From assembly GCA_041495865.1 (NCBI GenBank), contig JBGQDL010000001.1, forward strand, positions 4,330-68,329: a DNA stretch of 64,000 nt, read 5' to 3'. The position numbers were made by a program, and so were the translations under genes. The notes under the pieces were generated by a model. The model was not told the DNA's origin and searched no databases. It was given only the letters and a program-made list of their open reading frames with translations. This DNA comes from Thermoanaerobaculia bacterium. Lineage in GTDB: Bacteria > Acidobacteriota > Thermoanaerobaculia > UBA5066. This document shows positions 1-9,660 of this stretch, in pieces; positions within the stretch are counted from its first letter, which is position 1; every line of letters begins with the position of its first letter.

Positions 1-821
1 AAGCGGTTCGGGTCGAAGGTTGGCCACGAGGCGAGGGCGAGAATCGCGCCGGTCGTCGGCTCGAGGACGACGGCCGAGGCCCCCCGCGCGCGCGATTCGG
101 CCACGACCTTCGCGAGCTCGCGCTCGGCCACGTGCTGGATGCCTGTCCGAAGCGTGAGCGTGAGCCGCGCGCCCTCGTTTCCCTCGCGCGGCGCCTCGCC
201 CCCCTCGCGCGCGCGCGTCGCGTAGGAGCGCTGCGCCGCGTCGCGCAGGATCGTCACGCGCGCGGGCTTGCCGCGCACGTCGGCGTCGAAGCGGTACTCG
301 AGGCCCGCCAGCCCCTGGTTGTCGGCGCCCACGTAGCCCAGCACGGCGGCAGCGAGCGTCCCCTCGGGGTAACGGCGCGTCGACTCGGGCATGAGCTGGA
401 TTCCGGGCAACCGCTTCTCGGCGACGAGGACCCGCACCCGCGCGGCGACTCCGTCGTTCACGCGGCGCGAAAGCCAGACCCAGGCGCGATCCGGGCTCCC
501 GAGCTTCTTCGCGAGCTCCCTCGCCGGGTGCCGGAGGAGGGGCGCGAGAAGCGCGGCCTCCCGGTCGACGTCGTCCACGTCCGAGGGGATCGCGAAGACC
601 GATTCGGCGTGCGCGTTCACCGCCAGCAGCGTGCCGTCGGCGTCGCAGATGACGCCGCGCCGGCTGGGGAGGTCGATCGTGCTCTCCTGCTGCCTGGAGG
701 CGCGGCGCGTGAACTCGTCGTGCCTGAGGACCTGCAGATCCACGAGCCGCGCGAAAAGGACGAGAATCCACAGACCGACTCCCGCGAGCAGGAGGAGAGC
801 CCGGCGGTCCGGGCGCGGCAC
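1..821 (-). CDS. ftsI: Peptidoglycan D,D-transpeptidase FtsI/PBP3, N-terminal portion (gene continues beyond window start)
   Basis: Minus-strand frame starting GTG at 821 (GTGA overlap with ftsL stop) translates VPRPDRRALLLLAGVGLWILV...KRLPGIQLMPESTRRYPEG...GLAGLEYRFD... = PBP N-terminal membrane anchor and dimerisation domain; sits directly after mraZ-rsmH-ftsL. Confidence 0.7.
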   Translation of the reverse strand, partial: MPRPDRRALLLLAGVGLWILVLFARLVDLQVLRHDEFTRRASRQQESTIDLPSRRGVICDADGTLLAVNAHAESVFAIPSDVDDVDREAALLAPLLRHPARELAKKLGSPDRAWVWLSRRVNDGVAARVRVLVAEKRLPGIQLMPESTRRYPEGTLAAAVLGYVGADNQGLAGLEYRFDADVRGKPARVTILRDAAQRSYATRAREGGEAPREGNEGARLTLTLRTGIQHVAERELAKVVAESRARGASAVVLEPTTGAILALASWPTFDPNR

Positions 822-826
822 GGCGC

Positions 827-1231
827 TCACGGCGCGGCCTTTTCCGGCTTGGCGTCTTTTTCGGAGACGGGGCTGGGCACGAGTGCGGAGGTGAGAGCCG
901 CGTCCTTCACGAGGATGACCTGGTCCAGCGTGGGCGGCACGAGGCCCAGTCTTCCGCGCGCGATCGGCTCCACGCGCGCGAGCGCCGCCGCCTGGGCCCG
1001 GTCCATCTCGAGCTGGTGCTTTCTCTCGAGCAACGTCTCGCGCACGCGCCCGAGCTTCGCGAGCTGATACCCCAGGCGCACGGTTTCGAGGTTCGCCCAG
1101 ATGGCGAGGAAGAGGACGACCGCCGGCGGCACCGCCGCCAGCGCGAGGGCCACGAGCTCGCGCGTCCGCCGCCGGTCACGTTCCCGCACGAGATAGAGAT
1201 TTTCGACCGGACGGCGGACCGCGTACGCCAT
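827..1231 (-). CDS. ftsL: Cell division protein FtsL
   Basis: 134-aa bitopic protein (TM LALAAVPPAVVLFLAIW plus coiled coil) between rsmH and ftsI, the conserved dcw position. Confidence 0.6.
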   Translation of the reverse strand: MAYAVRRPVENLYLVRERDRRRTRELVALALAAVPPAVVLFLAIWANLETVRLGYQLAKLGRVRETLLERKHQLEMDRAQAAALARVEPIARGRLGLVPPTLDQVILVKDAALTSALVPSPVSEKDAKPEKAAP

Positions 1232-1241
1232 GGGCCCGGCC

Positions 1242-2213
1242 TTACCGCGGAGGCGTACCCGGACCGGCGCCGTTTTCGGCGACGCGCTCGAGGACGCGCA
1301 TGCGCGCCGAGCGCGCGCGGGGATTCTCGCCGAGCTCGGCGAGCGTGGGACGAAGGGACCTGCGCGTGACGAGGGCCATGACGCGGCGCCGTGAGCACAC
1401 GCACACGGGGAACGAGGGCGGGCACGTGCAGCCCGCCGTGTGACGCTGGAACGCGTGCTTGACGATGCGGTCCTCGAGCGAGTGATACGAAAGGACGGAG
1501 AGCCGAGCGCCGAGAGCGAGGCGCTCGACCGCGTCGTCGAGGAAGTGCTCGAGCTCGACGAGCTCGCGGTTCGTCGCGATGCGCAGCGCCTGAAAAACGC
1601 GGGTCGCAGGGTCCTTGTGCATCTCGCGCCGCGGCCCGAGGACCTTCAGCACGAGGCGCCTCATCTCGCCGGTCGTTCCGATAGGAGCCTCCTTTCGGGC
1701 CTCCACCACCGTCCGAGCGATCGGTCCCGCCATGCGCTCCTCCCCCCATTCGCGGAAAATCCGCGTCAGCTCCTCGCGTGAGGCCGTCGCCACGAGGTCG
1801 GCGGCCGAAGGTCCCGAGGCGCCCATGCGCATGTCGAGCGGACCTTCCTTCATGAATGAGAACCCCCGCTCCGCGCTGTCGAGCTGCATCGACGAAACGC
1901 CGAGATCCGCGAGGATGCCGTCCACCTTCGGTAGGCCGAGGCCATCGAGATGGGCCGCGAGATCCTCGTGGCGCCCCTCCACGGTGACGAGGCGCTCGCC
2001 GAACCCCGCGAGGCGCTCTTTCGCGAGGCGCAGCGCCTCCGGATCCCGGTCGATCCCGACGACCCGCACGGCCGGCGAGGCCTCGAGGAGAGCCCGCGCG
2101 TGACCGCCGAGGCCGAGCGTCGCGTCCACGTAGACGCCGCCGCGCTCCGGCCGGAGCGCCGCGACGACCTCCCGGAGGAGGACCGGGACGTGAACCGCGC
2201 CGGCATCCGCCAT
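1242..2213 (-). CDS. rsmH: 16S rRNA (cytosine1402-N4)-methyltransferase RsmH (MraW)
   Basis: HVPVLLREVV...GGVYVDATLGLGGHA...LADLGVSSMQLD...RGFSF motifs; follows mraZ. Confidence 0.9.
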   Translation of the reverse strand: MADAGAVHVPVLLREVVAALRPERGGVYVDATLGLGGHARALLEASPAVRVVGIDRDPEALRLAKERLAGFGERLVTVEGRHEDLAAHLDGLGLPKVDGILADLGVSSMQLDSAERGFSFMKEGPLDMRMGASGPSAADLVATASREELTRIFREWGEERMAGPIARTVVEARKEAPIGTTGEMRRLVLKVLGPRREMHKDPATRVFQALRIATNRELVELEHFLDDAVERLALGARLSVLSYHSLEDRIVKHAFQRHTAGCTCPPSFPVCVCSRRRVMALVTRRSLRPTLAELGENPRARSARMRVLERVAENGAGPGTPPR

Positions 2214-2219
2214 GGCGCG

Positions 2220-2666
2220 TCAGACGAGATGTCGTGCGAGTTCGTCGTAGTCCTCATCCGTGACCGTGGCCGTGCGCAGGCTCTTGAGATGCTTCGTGCG
2301 GTCGACGAGCTTCAGGTGGTCGGTCTGGCCGAGGACCAGCGCGTCGCCCTCGAGCGCCGAAACCTCGCGCAGGAGCGACGGCACGAGGAGCCGGCCCTGG
2401 GCGTCCATCCGCGCCACCTGGCCGTACGTGTTGAAACGCTCCTGGAACTTCGCCTTCGCGCGATGGATCGCGGGCATCGCGGCGAGCTTCTCCTCCAGCG
2501 CGTTCCAGACCGGCATCGGGAAGATCAAAACGTCGACGCCGGAAATGGACGTCAGGAAGAACTCGGGCCCGAACGTCTCCTCGATCGGCGCACGGAAGAC
2601 GGACGGGACCTTGAAGCGGCCCTTCTCGTCCACCGTCGTTTCCGCACTGCCTCGAAGGCGGTCCAT
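2220..2666 (-). CDS. mraZ: Transcriptional regulator MraZ
   Basis: 148 aa with duplicated MraZ half-domains (DEKGRFKVP... / DAQGRLLVP...); first gene of the dcw cluster. Confidence 0.9.
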   Translation of the reverse strand: MDRLRGSAETTVDEKGRFKVPSVFRAPIEETFGPEFFLTSISGVDVLIFPMPVWNALEEKLAAMPAIHRAKAKFQERFNTYGQVARMDAQGRLLVPSLLREVSALEGDALVLGQTDHLKLVDRTKHLKSLRTATVTDEDYDELARHLV

Positions 2667-2850
2667 ACTCGTCCTCTGGAAAAGGAGCTCGTGGCGTCGT
2701 CACGGGGAATTCCCCGAGAACCCACAGGACGCCACCACTGACCACTTATTTCCACCGTGAGTATCCGGCGACGAACCGGGCGCGTCAAGGGAAATCCCTG
2801 CGCCGAAGGACGTTGCGGGCTCGTGCGACCGCCGCGGTGTACGCTCCCCG

Positions 2851-3996
2851 ATGGTGACGACCTCGACCCTTCCCACGGCCGGCGTGCGCCTCGCGTTCGA
2901 CCCGGACTCCTTCGCCGCTTTTCTCGAGGCCTTCGACGCGCGGCCAAGAGCGGATGTCGCGCTCGACACGGAGGCGGACTCGTTTCATCACTACTTCGAG
3001 AAGGCCTGTCTCCTGCAGCTCGCCTGGGACGGCACGGCTCACCTCGTGGACCCTCTCGGGGGCCTCGACCTCGCGGCTCTCCTCGCGCGCCTCGCCCCGC
3101 GCCGGCTCCTCATGCACGGAGCCGACTACGACCTCAGGCTCCTCTTTCGCGGATACGGCTTCCGCGCGACGTCCCTCTTCGACACGATGATCGCGGCGCA
3201 ACTGCTCGGCGAAAAGGAGATCGGCCTCGCCGCGCTCCTCTTCGGCCGGGCCGGGGTGACGCTCGACAAGGTGCACCAGCGCGCCGACTGGAGCGAGCGG
3301 CCGCTCAATCCTGCGATGGTCGCCTACGCCGCGGCGGACGTCCTCCACCTCGCAGCGCTCGTGGAATCGCTGACGCGTGATCTCGAGGCGAAGGGCCGTC
3401 TCGCGTGGCACGCCGAGGAGTGCGCGCGGCTCGCCGCGGCGGGCTTTCCCGCCGGGCGCGAGGCCGACCCCGAAAACGACTGGCGGATCAAAGGCACGAA
3501 CGCCCTCACCGACAAGGAGCGCGCCTTCGCGCGCGCCCTCTGGGAAGCGCGCGAGGCCCGCGCGCGATCCCTCGACCGCCCCCCGTTCCGCGTGCTCACG
3601 AACGAGCGCCTGCTCCTCGCGACGAAGCGGGCCGCCACCGGCGAGACGAACGCCGGAAAGCTCTTTCCGGGCCCGCGCCCGCTTCCGGACGCTCTCACGC
3701 GCGCCGTGAGCGAGGCGCTCCAACGCGCTTCGGCGCTCGCGCCGGCCGAATGGCCGAAGGCCCGCCGCGGTGAGCGCGTGGAGTCGGACCCCGCGCTCGA
3801 CCGCGAGGTGGAGGCCCTCAGGAAATCGCGCGACGCGGTGGCCGCGTCGCTCGGGCTCGACCCCGGCGTCCTCGCCTCGAAAGCGGTCCTCACGGCGGCG
3901 GCGAGGACGCGCCGCGCGAACGGACGCCTGACGGCCGACCTCCTCGTCACCCGGGACGGGTTGTCGCGCTGGCGCGCCGAGCTCCTGGCGAGCTGA
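2851..3996 (+). CDS. rnd: Ribonuclease D (3'-5' exoribonuclease, DEDDy plus HRDC)
   Basis: ALDTEADSFHHYFEKACLLQLA...LLMHGADYDLRLL...YAAADVLHL exonuclease motifs; C-terminal HRDC-like region. Confidence 0.85.
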   Translation: MVTTSTLPTAGVRLAFDPDSFAAFLEAFDARPRADVALDTEADSFHHYFEKACLLQLAWDGTAHLVDPLGGLDLAALLARLAPRRLLMHGADYDLRLLFRGYGFRATSLFDTMIAAQLLGEKEIGLAALLFGRAGVTLDKVHQRADWSERPLNPAMVAYAAADVLHLAALVESLTRDLEAKGRLAWHAEECARLAAAGFPAGREADPENDWRIKGTNALTDKERAFARALWEAREARARSLDRPPFRVLTNERLLLATKRAATGETNAGKLFPGPRPLPDALTRAVSEALQRASALAPAEWPKARRGERVESDPALDREVEALRKSRDAVAASLGLDPGVLASKAVLTAAARTRRANGRLTADLLVTRDGLSRWRAELLAS

Positions 3997-4007
3997 CGCC
4001 CGACCGG

Positions 4008-5060
4008 CTACTTCTTCTTTTTTCCGGCTCCCGCGCGCGTGGGCGTCGGAGTCGGCGCGGGCACGACGACGCCCGCGGGCGGCGTGAAGTAGGACTGCCC
4101 CTCGGACGACACGCGGATGACCGCCTCGTGTTTCAGCTTGTCGAGGTACTCGGCGAGCTTCTTCTGGAACTGGGTGTCCTGCTCGCGCTTCAGGAGGTGG
4201 GCCTTCACGTCGGCGAACGGCTGGTACGAGACCGGGAACTTCTCGATCACCTTCACGAGGTGCCAGCCGAACTTCGTTCCGATCGGGTCCGATACCGAGC
4301 CCACCGGCAGCGAGAACACGGCCTTGTCGATCTCGGCCGTCAGCTCGCCTTTCGCGACGGTTCCGAGGTCGCCACCCCGGCTCTTCGTGGCCCCGTCCGA
4401 GTAGTCCTTCACGACGGCCTCGAACTTCGCGCCGCCCTTGAGGAGATCCGATGCCTCTTTCGCCCGGCGGGCCGCCCGGGCGGGATCGTCTCCATTCGAC
4501 ACGAGGATCTCGGCGAGATGCGCCTTCTCGGGCACGCGCCACGTCTCCTTCTCGCGCTCGTAGATGACGCGGAGGGCGTCGTCCGACAGGTCCACCTTGC
4601 TGTTCACCTCGCGCCCCACGACGCGCTGCAGCGTCACGGTGCGGCGGAGCTGGTCGCGCAGGCGGTCGATCGTGAGCCCCGACTGCGCGAGGGCCTTCGC
4701 GAAGTCCTCGTCCGTCGTGACGTTGTTCTGCTCCTTGAGCCGCTTGATCTGGTCCTCGATCTCGGCGTCGGCCGTCACGAGGTCGAGCTCTTTGGCGCGG
4801 TCCTCGAGGAGCGCCTCGTTCACGAGCTCTTCCATGACGCCCTTTTTCATCTCCTGGCTCTGGGCGGCGTTCGGCGCGGAGCCGGCCTCGCGGACGGTCT
4901 GGTCGACGCGCGCGTCGAACTGGGTCTGCGTGATGATGCGCGAGTTCACGTGCACGAGGATCCGGTTGATGACCTCGCCGGAGAGGAGCGGCGGGGCGGC
5001 AGGCACCGCCGCGGCGAGCGCGGCGAAAAAGAGGACGAAAGAGCGCCGAAATGACGTCAC
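4008..5060 (-). CDS. SurA-like periplasmic chaperone / parvulin-type peptidyl-prolyl isomerase
   Basis: Signal peptide, SurA-N-like chaperone region, parvulin domain (GGDLGTVAKGELTAEIDKAVFSL...GWHLVKV). Confidence 0.75.
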   Translation of the reverse strand: MTSFRRSFVLFFAALAAAVPAAPPLLSGEVINRILVHVNSRIITQTQFDARVDQTVREAGSAPNAAQSQEMKKGVMEELVNEALLEDRAKELDLVTADAEIEDQIKRLKEQNNVTTDEDFAKALAQSGLTIDRLRDQLRRTVTLQRVVGREVNSKVDLSDDALRVIYEREKETWRVPEKAHLAEILVSNGDDPARAARRAKEASDLLKGGAKFEAVVKDYSDGATKSRGGDLGTVAKGELTAEIDKAVFSLPVGSVSDPIGTKFGWHLVKVIEKFPVSYQPFADVKAHLLKREQDTQFQKKLAEYLDKLKHEAVIRVSSEGQSYFTPPAGVVVPAPTPTPTRAGAGKKKK

Positions 5061-5112
5061 GAGGCGCAGTCTAGCGAAATCCGGGCCGCGCGCGGAACCG
5101 AGCCTCAGGTCC

Positions 5113-5967
5113 TCACCGCTGCCCGGTGCCGTGGGGATTCGTTCCGACGTAAGGGAATGGGAGGTGGTCTTCGACCACCGTCACCGGGAAGCGCCGGCGG
5201 GCCCCCTCAATCGCCTCTTCCACGGCTTTCGCGCTGCGGTCCTCGGCCACGGCCATCCGGAGGGCCGGCAACGCCTCCTCGAACGTCACGTCGCGCGCGT
5301 CCAGCCGCTCGTCCACCCGGAACACATGAAAGCCGTGCGGCGTCGCGATCACCGGGCTCGTCTTGCCGGCGGGAAGGCTCCAGACCGCCATCTCGAACTC
5401 GTGCGGCAGGTCCGCGCGCGCGAGCGGGCCCAGGGAGCCGCCGGACGAGGCGTTCGCCGCGACGCTGGACTCTCGCGACACGTCCGCCCAGGGCACGCCC
5501 GCCTCGAGGCGCCTCACCGCGGCGTCGGCGGCCGCCTTCGACCGGAAGAAAAGCTGCGACACGCGCACGAGAGCCGACCTCCTGTAGCGCTCGGGGTGGG
5601 CGTCGTATTCCTTTCGGAGGTCCGCGTCCAGAAGGCCTTCGAGCCCGGCCGCGCGGTTGAGGAACGCGCGGCGTTTCTCCGCGGGCGTCGTTCCCGGGAC
5701 CTTCGGCCCCGCGGCTTCCACGGCGCGCGTGAGCAGCACCTCCTCGAGGTATTGGTCGAGGAGGCTCGAGAGGACGCGCGGCGAGACGTTCTTCGGGTCC
5801 TCGCTCGTCGCCTTCTTCGCCCAGGCCATGAACTCGTCCAGCGTGACGGGCCGGTCGCCCGCCATCGCGATCGTCTCCGGCCGGGTCACGGCCCGCGGAC
5901 CGCTCCTCTTCGCGCAAGCCGGTGAAACGAGTGCCGCGAGGACGAGCAGCGCCGCGGCGCGTTTCAC
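5113..5967 (-). CDS. PpiC/parvulin-type peptidyl-prolyl isomerase, probable lipoprotein
   Basis: GTG start at 5967 overlapping the mfd stop (GTGA); VKRAAALLVLAALVSPACA signal/lipobox; parvulin motifs GGSLGPLARADLPHEFEMAVWSL...HGFHVFRV. It is the 3' part of a spurious 1276-aa ORF in the track. Confidence 0.7.
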   Translation of the reverse strand: MKRAAALLVLAALVSPACAKRSGPRAVTRPETIAMAGDRPVTLDEFMAWAKKATSEDPKNVSPRVLSSLLDQYLEEVLLTRAVEAAGPKVPGTTPAEKRRAFLNRAAGLEGLLDADLRKEYDAHPERYRRSALVRVSQLFFRSKAAADAAVRRLEAGVPWADVSRESSVAANASSGGSLGPLARADLPHEFEMAVWSLPAGKTSPVIATPHGFHVFRVDERLDARDVTFEEALPALRMAVAEDRSAKAVEEAIEGARRRFPVTVVEDHLPFPYVGTNPHGTGQR

Positions 5968-8900
5968 GCGGCCCCCGCGTGGAGCGAGAGAGGAAGCGCC
6001 ACGCGCGCGCCCGCCCGGGCGAGATCGAGAAGCGCCCGCGCCGCGCGATCCGAAACACCCGCGCCGTCGGCCGGGATGCCGGCGAACGCCCTCGGCAGCC
6101 GGAACGCGTCGGGCCCTGACGCGAAGAGGTCGCCCTTCCGCAGCATCGCGACGACGCGATCCGGATCGAGGCCGTGGTCCTTCTCGAGCGACGCCGCCAG
6201 CTCGTCGCCCCGGCGCTGGATCGCCTTCACGCCGAGGGCGCGCGCGAGGAGGCGGAGGCGCGCGAGATCGAGGAGCCGCTCGAAGGCCGGCGGCGGGGAT
6301 CCATAACGGTCGGAAGCATTTGCCGCCTCGAGCTGCAGCGTCTCCTCGTCGGAGGCGGCCGCGATCTTCTTGTACAGCGCCATCCGCAGGCTCTCCTCCG
6401 GAATCCACGCCGGCGGGAGCGCGAGCGGAAGCCCGAGCTGAAGCGTCACGTCGCGCGTCTCGGGCACCGGCTCGCCCTTGATCCCGGCCATCGCCTCCTC
6501 GAGGAGGTTCACGTACGTCTCGAAGCCCACGGACTCGATGTGCCCCGACTGCTCGCCGCCGAGCAGGCTCCCCGCGCCGCGAATCTCGAGGTCCTTCGCC
6601 GCGATGCGGAACCCCGCGCCGAGGTCCGAGAACTCCTGGATCGCGCGCAGGCGCCGGCGCGCGTCGTCCGAGAGCGGCATCCCCGGCGGCATCAGCAGCC
6701 AGCACGAGGCGGCTTTGTCGCTCCGGCCCACGCGCCCGCGCAGCTGATAGAGCTGCGAGAGGCCGTAGAGATCCGCGCGGTCGATGAGCATCGTGTTTGC
6801 GGACGGGATATCGAGGCCGTTCTCGACGATCGTCGTCGCGAGGAGGAGGTCGGCCGCGCGCGTCACGAACGCGCGCATCGCGCGCTCCAGCTCGCCCTCC
6901 GACATCTGCCCGTGCGCCGTCACGACGCGCACGTCGGGCACCAGCTCCGCGAGCTTCTGGCGCCAGAAGCCCAGAGACTCGATCCGGTTGTGGACGACGT
7001 AGACCTGCCCGCCGCGGTCCACCTCGGCGCGGATCGCGTCGCGGATGACGGCATCGTCCACCGGCACGACGTGTGTCGCGATCGCAAGGCGGTCTTTCGG
7101 AGGCGTCTCGATGACGGAGAGGTCGCGGATGCCCCCCAGCGAGAGGTGCAGCGAGCGCGGGATGGGCGTCGCCGACATCGTGAGGACGTCCACAGACGCG
7201 CGCCACTCCTTGATGCGCTCTTTCTGGGCCACGCCGAAGCGCTGCTCCTCGTCCACGACGAGAAGGCCTAGGTCCTTGAACGCGACGTCCCTGCTGAGAA
7301 GGCGGTGCGTCCCCACGACGACGTCGAGCGTCCCTTCCGAAAGGCGCCGCAGGAGATCCTTCCGGTCGTCCTTCCCGCGGAAACGCGACAGGAGGTCGAG
7401 GGAGACGGGGAACGCGGCGAATCGCCTCTTGAGCGTGCGGAGGTGCTGGTCCGCGAGGATGGTCGTGGGCGCGAGGAGCGCGGCCTGCTTGCCGTCGAGC
7501 ACGCACTTGAAGATGGCCCGCATCGCGACTTCGGTCTTTCCATACCCCACGTCGCCGCACAGCAGCCGGTCCATCGGCCTCGCCGACTCCATGTCCCGCT
7601 TCACGTCGTGGATCGCCGCGGCCTGGTCCGGCGTCTCCGTGTGCTCGAATGCCTCCTCGAACTCCCTCTGCCACGGCGAGTCCTTCGAGAACGCGTGCCC
7701 GGGCGCCGCCGCGCGGCGCGCGTAGAGCTTCAGGAGCTGATCGGCGATGTCCTTGACCGCCTTCCTCACCGAGGACTTCCGCCTCTCCCAGCCGAGGCCG
7801 CCCAGCCTGTCGAGAGCGGGCTTCGGTCCGTCGCCTTGGGAGGCGTATTTCTGGATGAGGTCCAGCCGTTCGACGGGCACGAGGAGCTTCGCGTCGCCCG
7901 CGTAGCGAAGGTCCACCATCTCGCGCGTCAGCCCCGCGTCCTCGATGCGCGCGAGTCCCGCGAACATCCCGAGGCCGTAGTCGCGGTGCACGACGACGTC
8001 GCCCACCCGCAGGTCGCGGAGGTCCGACAGAAACGCCTCCGACGCGGACTTCCGCCGCGGCGCCTGCGAGCGCGGTTCGCCGAAGAGGTCCGTCGCCGTG
8101 AGGAGGAGGACGCCCGCCGGGCGGAAGAGAAAGCCAGACCGCGGCCCGCCCGAGACGACGCGGCACGCGCCCGGCGCGAGCGGCGAGACCACGTCCTCGG
8201 CCTTCCCCTGATGTTCGACTTCGTACTCGGCGAGGAGGCGTTCCACGTGCTCGCGCTCGCCCTTCGTTGCGGCCGCGAGCAGCACGGCGAGGCCGTCCTT
8301 CCTTGCGCGCGCGATCTCCTTCGTCGCGTCCGGCAGCCGGTCCTCGAACGACAGGACCGACTCCGCCCCGATCGCGATGGTTTCGCCCGCCGGCACGGCC
8401 GCGGCGAGGGCGACGAGCGCGCGTGCCCCGAGATCTTCCAGGAGGCGATCCGCGTCGCCCGCGAGGCGCATCGGATCCGGCACGACGCGTCCGGCCCTGC
8501 GGGCTTTCTCGTAGTCGAGACGCAGGATATCCGCGGCAGAGGCGAGCTCTGCGGCGATGGCATCGGGGTCGTCCACGGCGAGGATGAAATTCCCGGCGTG
8601 GTCGAGGACATGGGCTTCCTCTCCGGCGAGAAGCGGCAGCAGCTCCTCGAGGCCGTCGTTGCGGCGCGCGAGCGAGAGGTCGCGCGGCACGGGCGGGTCG
8701 TCGTCCGGCGTGCGGCAGTCCGCGAGCACGCGCCGTGCCGCTTCGCGCGTCGCGCGCGTGTCGGGCGCGAGCGCCATGGGCGGGAGCGACACCAGAGAAA
8801 GCGCCCCCGTCGAGCGCTGCGTGTCCGGGTCGAACGAGCGGATCGAGGCGATCGCGTTCAGGTCGAACTCCACCCGGACCGGCTCGGCGAGATGCGGCGG

Positions 8901-9479
8901 GAAGACGTCCAGGAGGCCGCCGCGCACGGCGAGGTCGCCGCATTCGGTCACGACGTCCGCGCGTTGGTAGCCCTCGTCGAGGAGCGCACCGGCGATGTGC
9001 GCGGGCGGCACGTCGTCGCCCGCGGCGAGCGTGCGCGTCCGCTTCCGGAAGTCGGCCGGCGTCGGCAGGCGCCGAAGCAGCGCGCGCGCCGGGACGACGA
9101 GAAGCTCCACCGAGCCTTCCGCGAGGCGCGTCAGCGTCCCGAACTCCTCCCGCCTGACCTTCAGCGACGGCGCGATCTGCTGGTAGGGCGACAGCGCCGG
9201 TGCCGGGAAAAATGCCACGCGTTCCTCGCCGAGGACGCTCGCGGCGTCACGCCCGAAGGCCGCGGCGTCGCGCTCGTGCGCGAACACGACGAGCCACTTC
9301 AGCCCGAGCGGCGCGCCCACCGCCTCGAGGAGGTACGGCAGGAGGCCGGGAGGCGCCCCCGAGAGAGACACGCTTCCCGCCGACGTCCCGAGGACCCCCG
9401 CCTCGATCCGCCCGGCCAGACGCTGCACCGCGGGCGCGGCGGCAAGCGTCTTGAAGAGCGGATCCCTCCGCCGCGTCAC
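5964..9479 (-). CDS. mfd: Transcription-repair coupling factor Mfd
   Basis: 1171 aa; UvrB-homology N-terminus, RNAP-interaction domain, superfamily-2 helicase motifs (GDVGYGKTEVAMRA, DEEQRFGV, QLRGRVGR), TRG and C-terminal D7 region. Confidence 0.95.
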   Translation of the reverse strand: MTRRRDPLFKTLAAAPAVQRLAGRIEAGVLGTSAGSVSLSGAPPGLLPYLLEAVGAPLGLKWLVVFAHERDAAAFGRDAASVLGEERVAFFPAPALSPYQQIAPSLKVRREEFGTLTRLAEGSVELLVVPARALLRRLPTPADFRKRTRTLAAGDDVPPAHIAGALLDEGYQRADVVTECGDLAVRGGLLDVFPPHLAEPVRVEFDLNAIASIRSFDPDTQRSTGALSLVSLPPMALAPDTRATREAARRVLADCRTPDDDPPVPRDLSLARRNDGLEELLPLLAGEEAHVLDHAGNFILAVDDPDAIAAELASAADILRLDYEKARRAGRVVPDPMRLAGDADRLLEDLGARALVALAAAVPAGETIAIGAESVLSFEDRLPDATKEIARARKDGLAVLLAAATKGEREHVERLLAEYEVEHQGKAEDVVSPLAPGACRVVSGGPRSGFLFRPAGVLLLTATDLFGEPRSQAPRRKSASEAFLSDLRDLRVGDVVVHRDYGLGMFAGLARIEDAGLTREMVDLRYAGDAKLLVPVERLDLIQKYASQGDGPKPALDRLGGLGWERRKSSVRKAVKDIADQLLKLYARRAAAPGHAFSKDSPWQREFEEAFEHTETPDQAAAIHDVKRDMESARPMDRLLCGDVGYGKTEVAMRAIFKCVLDGKQAALLAPTTILADQHLRTLKRRFAAFPVSLDLLSRFRGKDDRKDLLRRLSEGTLDVVVGTHRLLSRDVAFKDLGLLVVDEEQRFGVAQKERIKEWRASVDVLTMSATPIPRSLHLSLGGIRDLSVIETPPKDRLAIATHVVPVDDAVIRDAIRAEVDRGGQVYVVHNRIESLGFWRQKLAELVPDVRVVTAHGQMSEGELERAMRAFVTRAADLLLATTIVENGLDIPSANTMLIDRADLYGLSQLYQLRGRVGRSDKAASCWLLMPPGMPLSDDARRRLRAIQEFSDLGAGFRIAAKDLEIRGAGSLLGGEQSGHIESVGFETYVNLLEEAMAGIKGEPVPETRDVTLQLGLPLALPPAWIPEESLRMALYKKIAAASDEETLQLEAANASDRYGSPPPAFERLLDLARLRLLARALGVKAIQRRGDELAASLEKDHGLDPDRVVAMLRKGDLFASGPDAFRLPRAFAGIPADGAGVSDRAARALLDLARAGARVALPLSLHAGAA

Positions 9480-9660
9480 GGCGGGGATTATGGCCGAGTG
9501 CGGCGGTCTCAGGGGCTCGCCAGCCCGTATGTGGATCCCCCGCCCGCTCCTAACTGTCTCTCCTGTCGTCGTTTGTCCGCTCGGTTCTCGACGGCGCTAG
9601 TGCGCCTTGATTATTGCGGCGGAGGTCGATCGCCCTCAGTTTGGCGCCGGAGGCGCATCC

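Noticed and set aside
2785-4542. 585-aa minus-strand ORF
   Set aside because: Antisense to rnd and out of frame with the SurA-like gene; Arg-rich low-complexity translation; no domain-like sequence.
5113-8943. 1276-aa minus-strand ORF, Arg/Gly/Ala-rich
   Set aside because: Overlaps mfd in another frame; composition is GC-driven junk. Only its last about 285 codons (5113-5967) form a real parvulin PPIase gene with its own GTG start.
9636-9652. sigma-54-like TGGCGC-N5-GGCGCA element upstream of the multiheme cytochrome
   Set aside because: Would place the -12 element only 5 nt from the GTG start codon, leaving no room for a transcript leader and RBS; chance match in GC-rich DNA.
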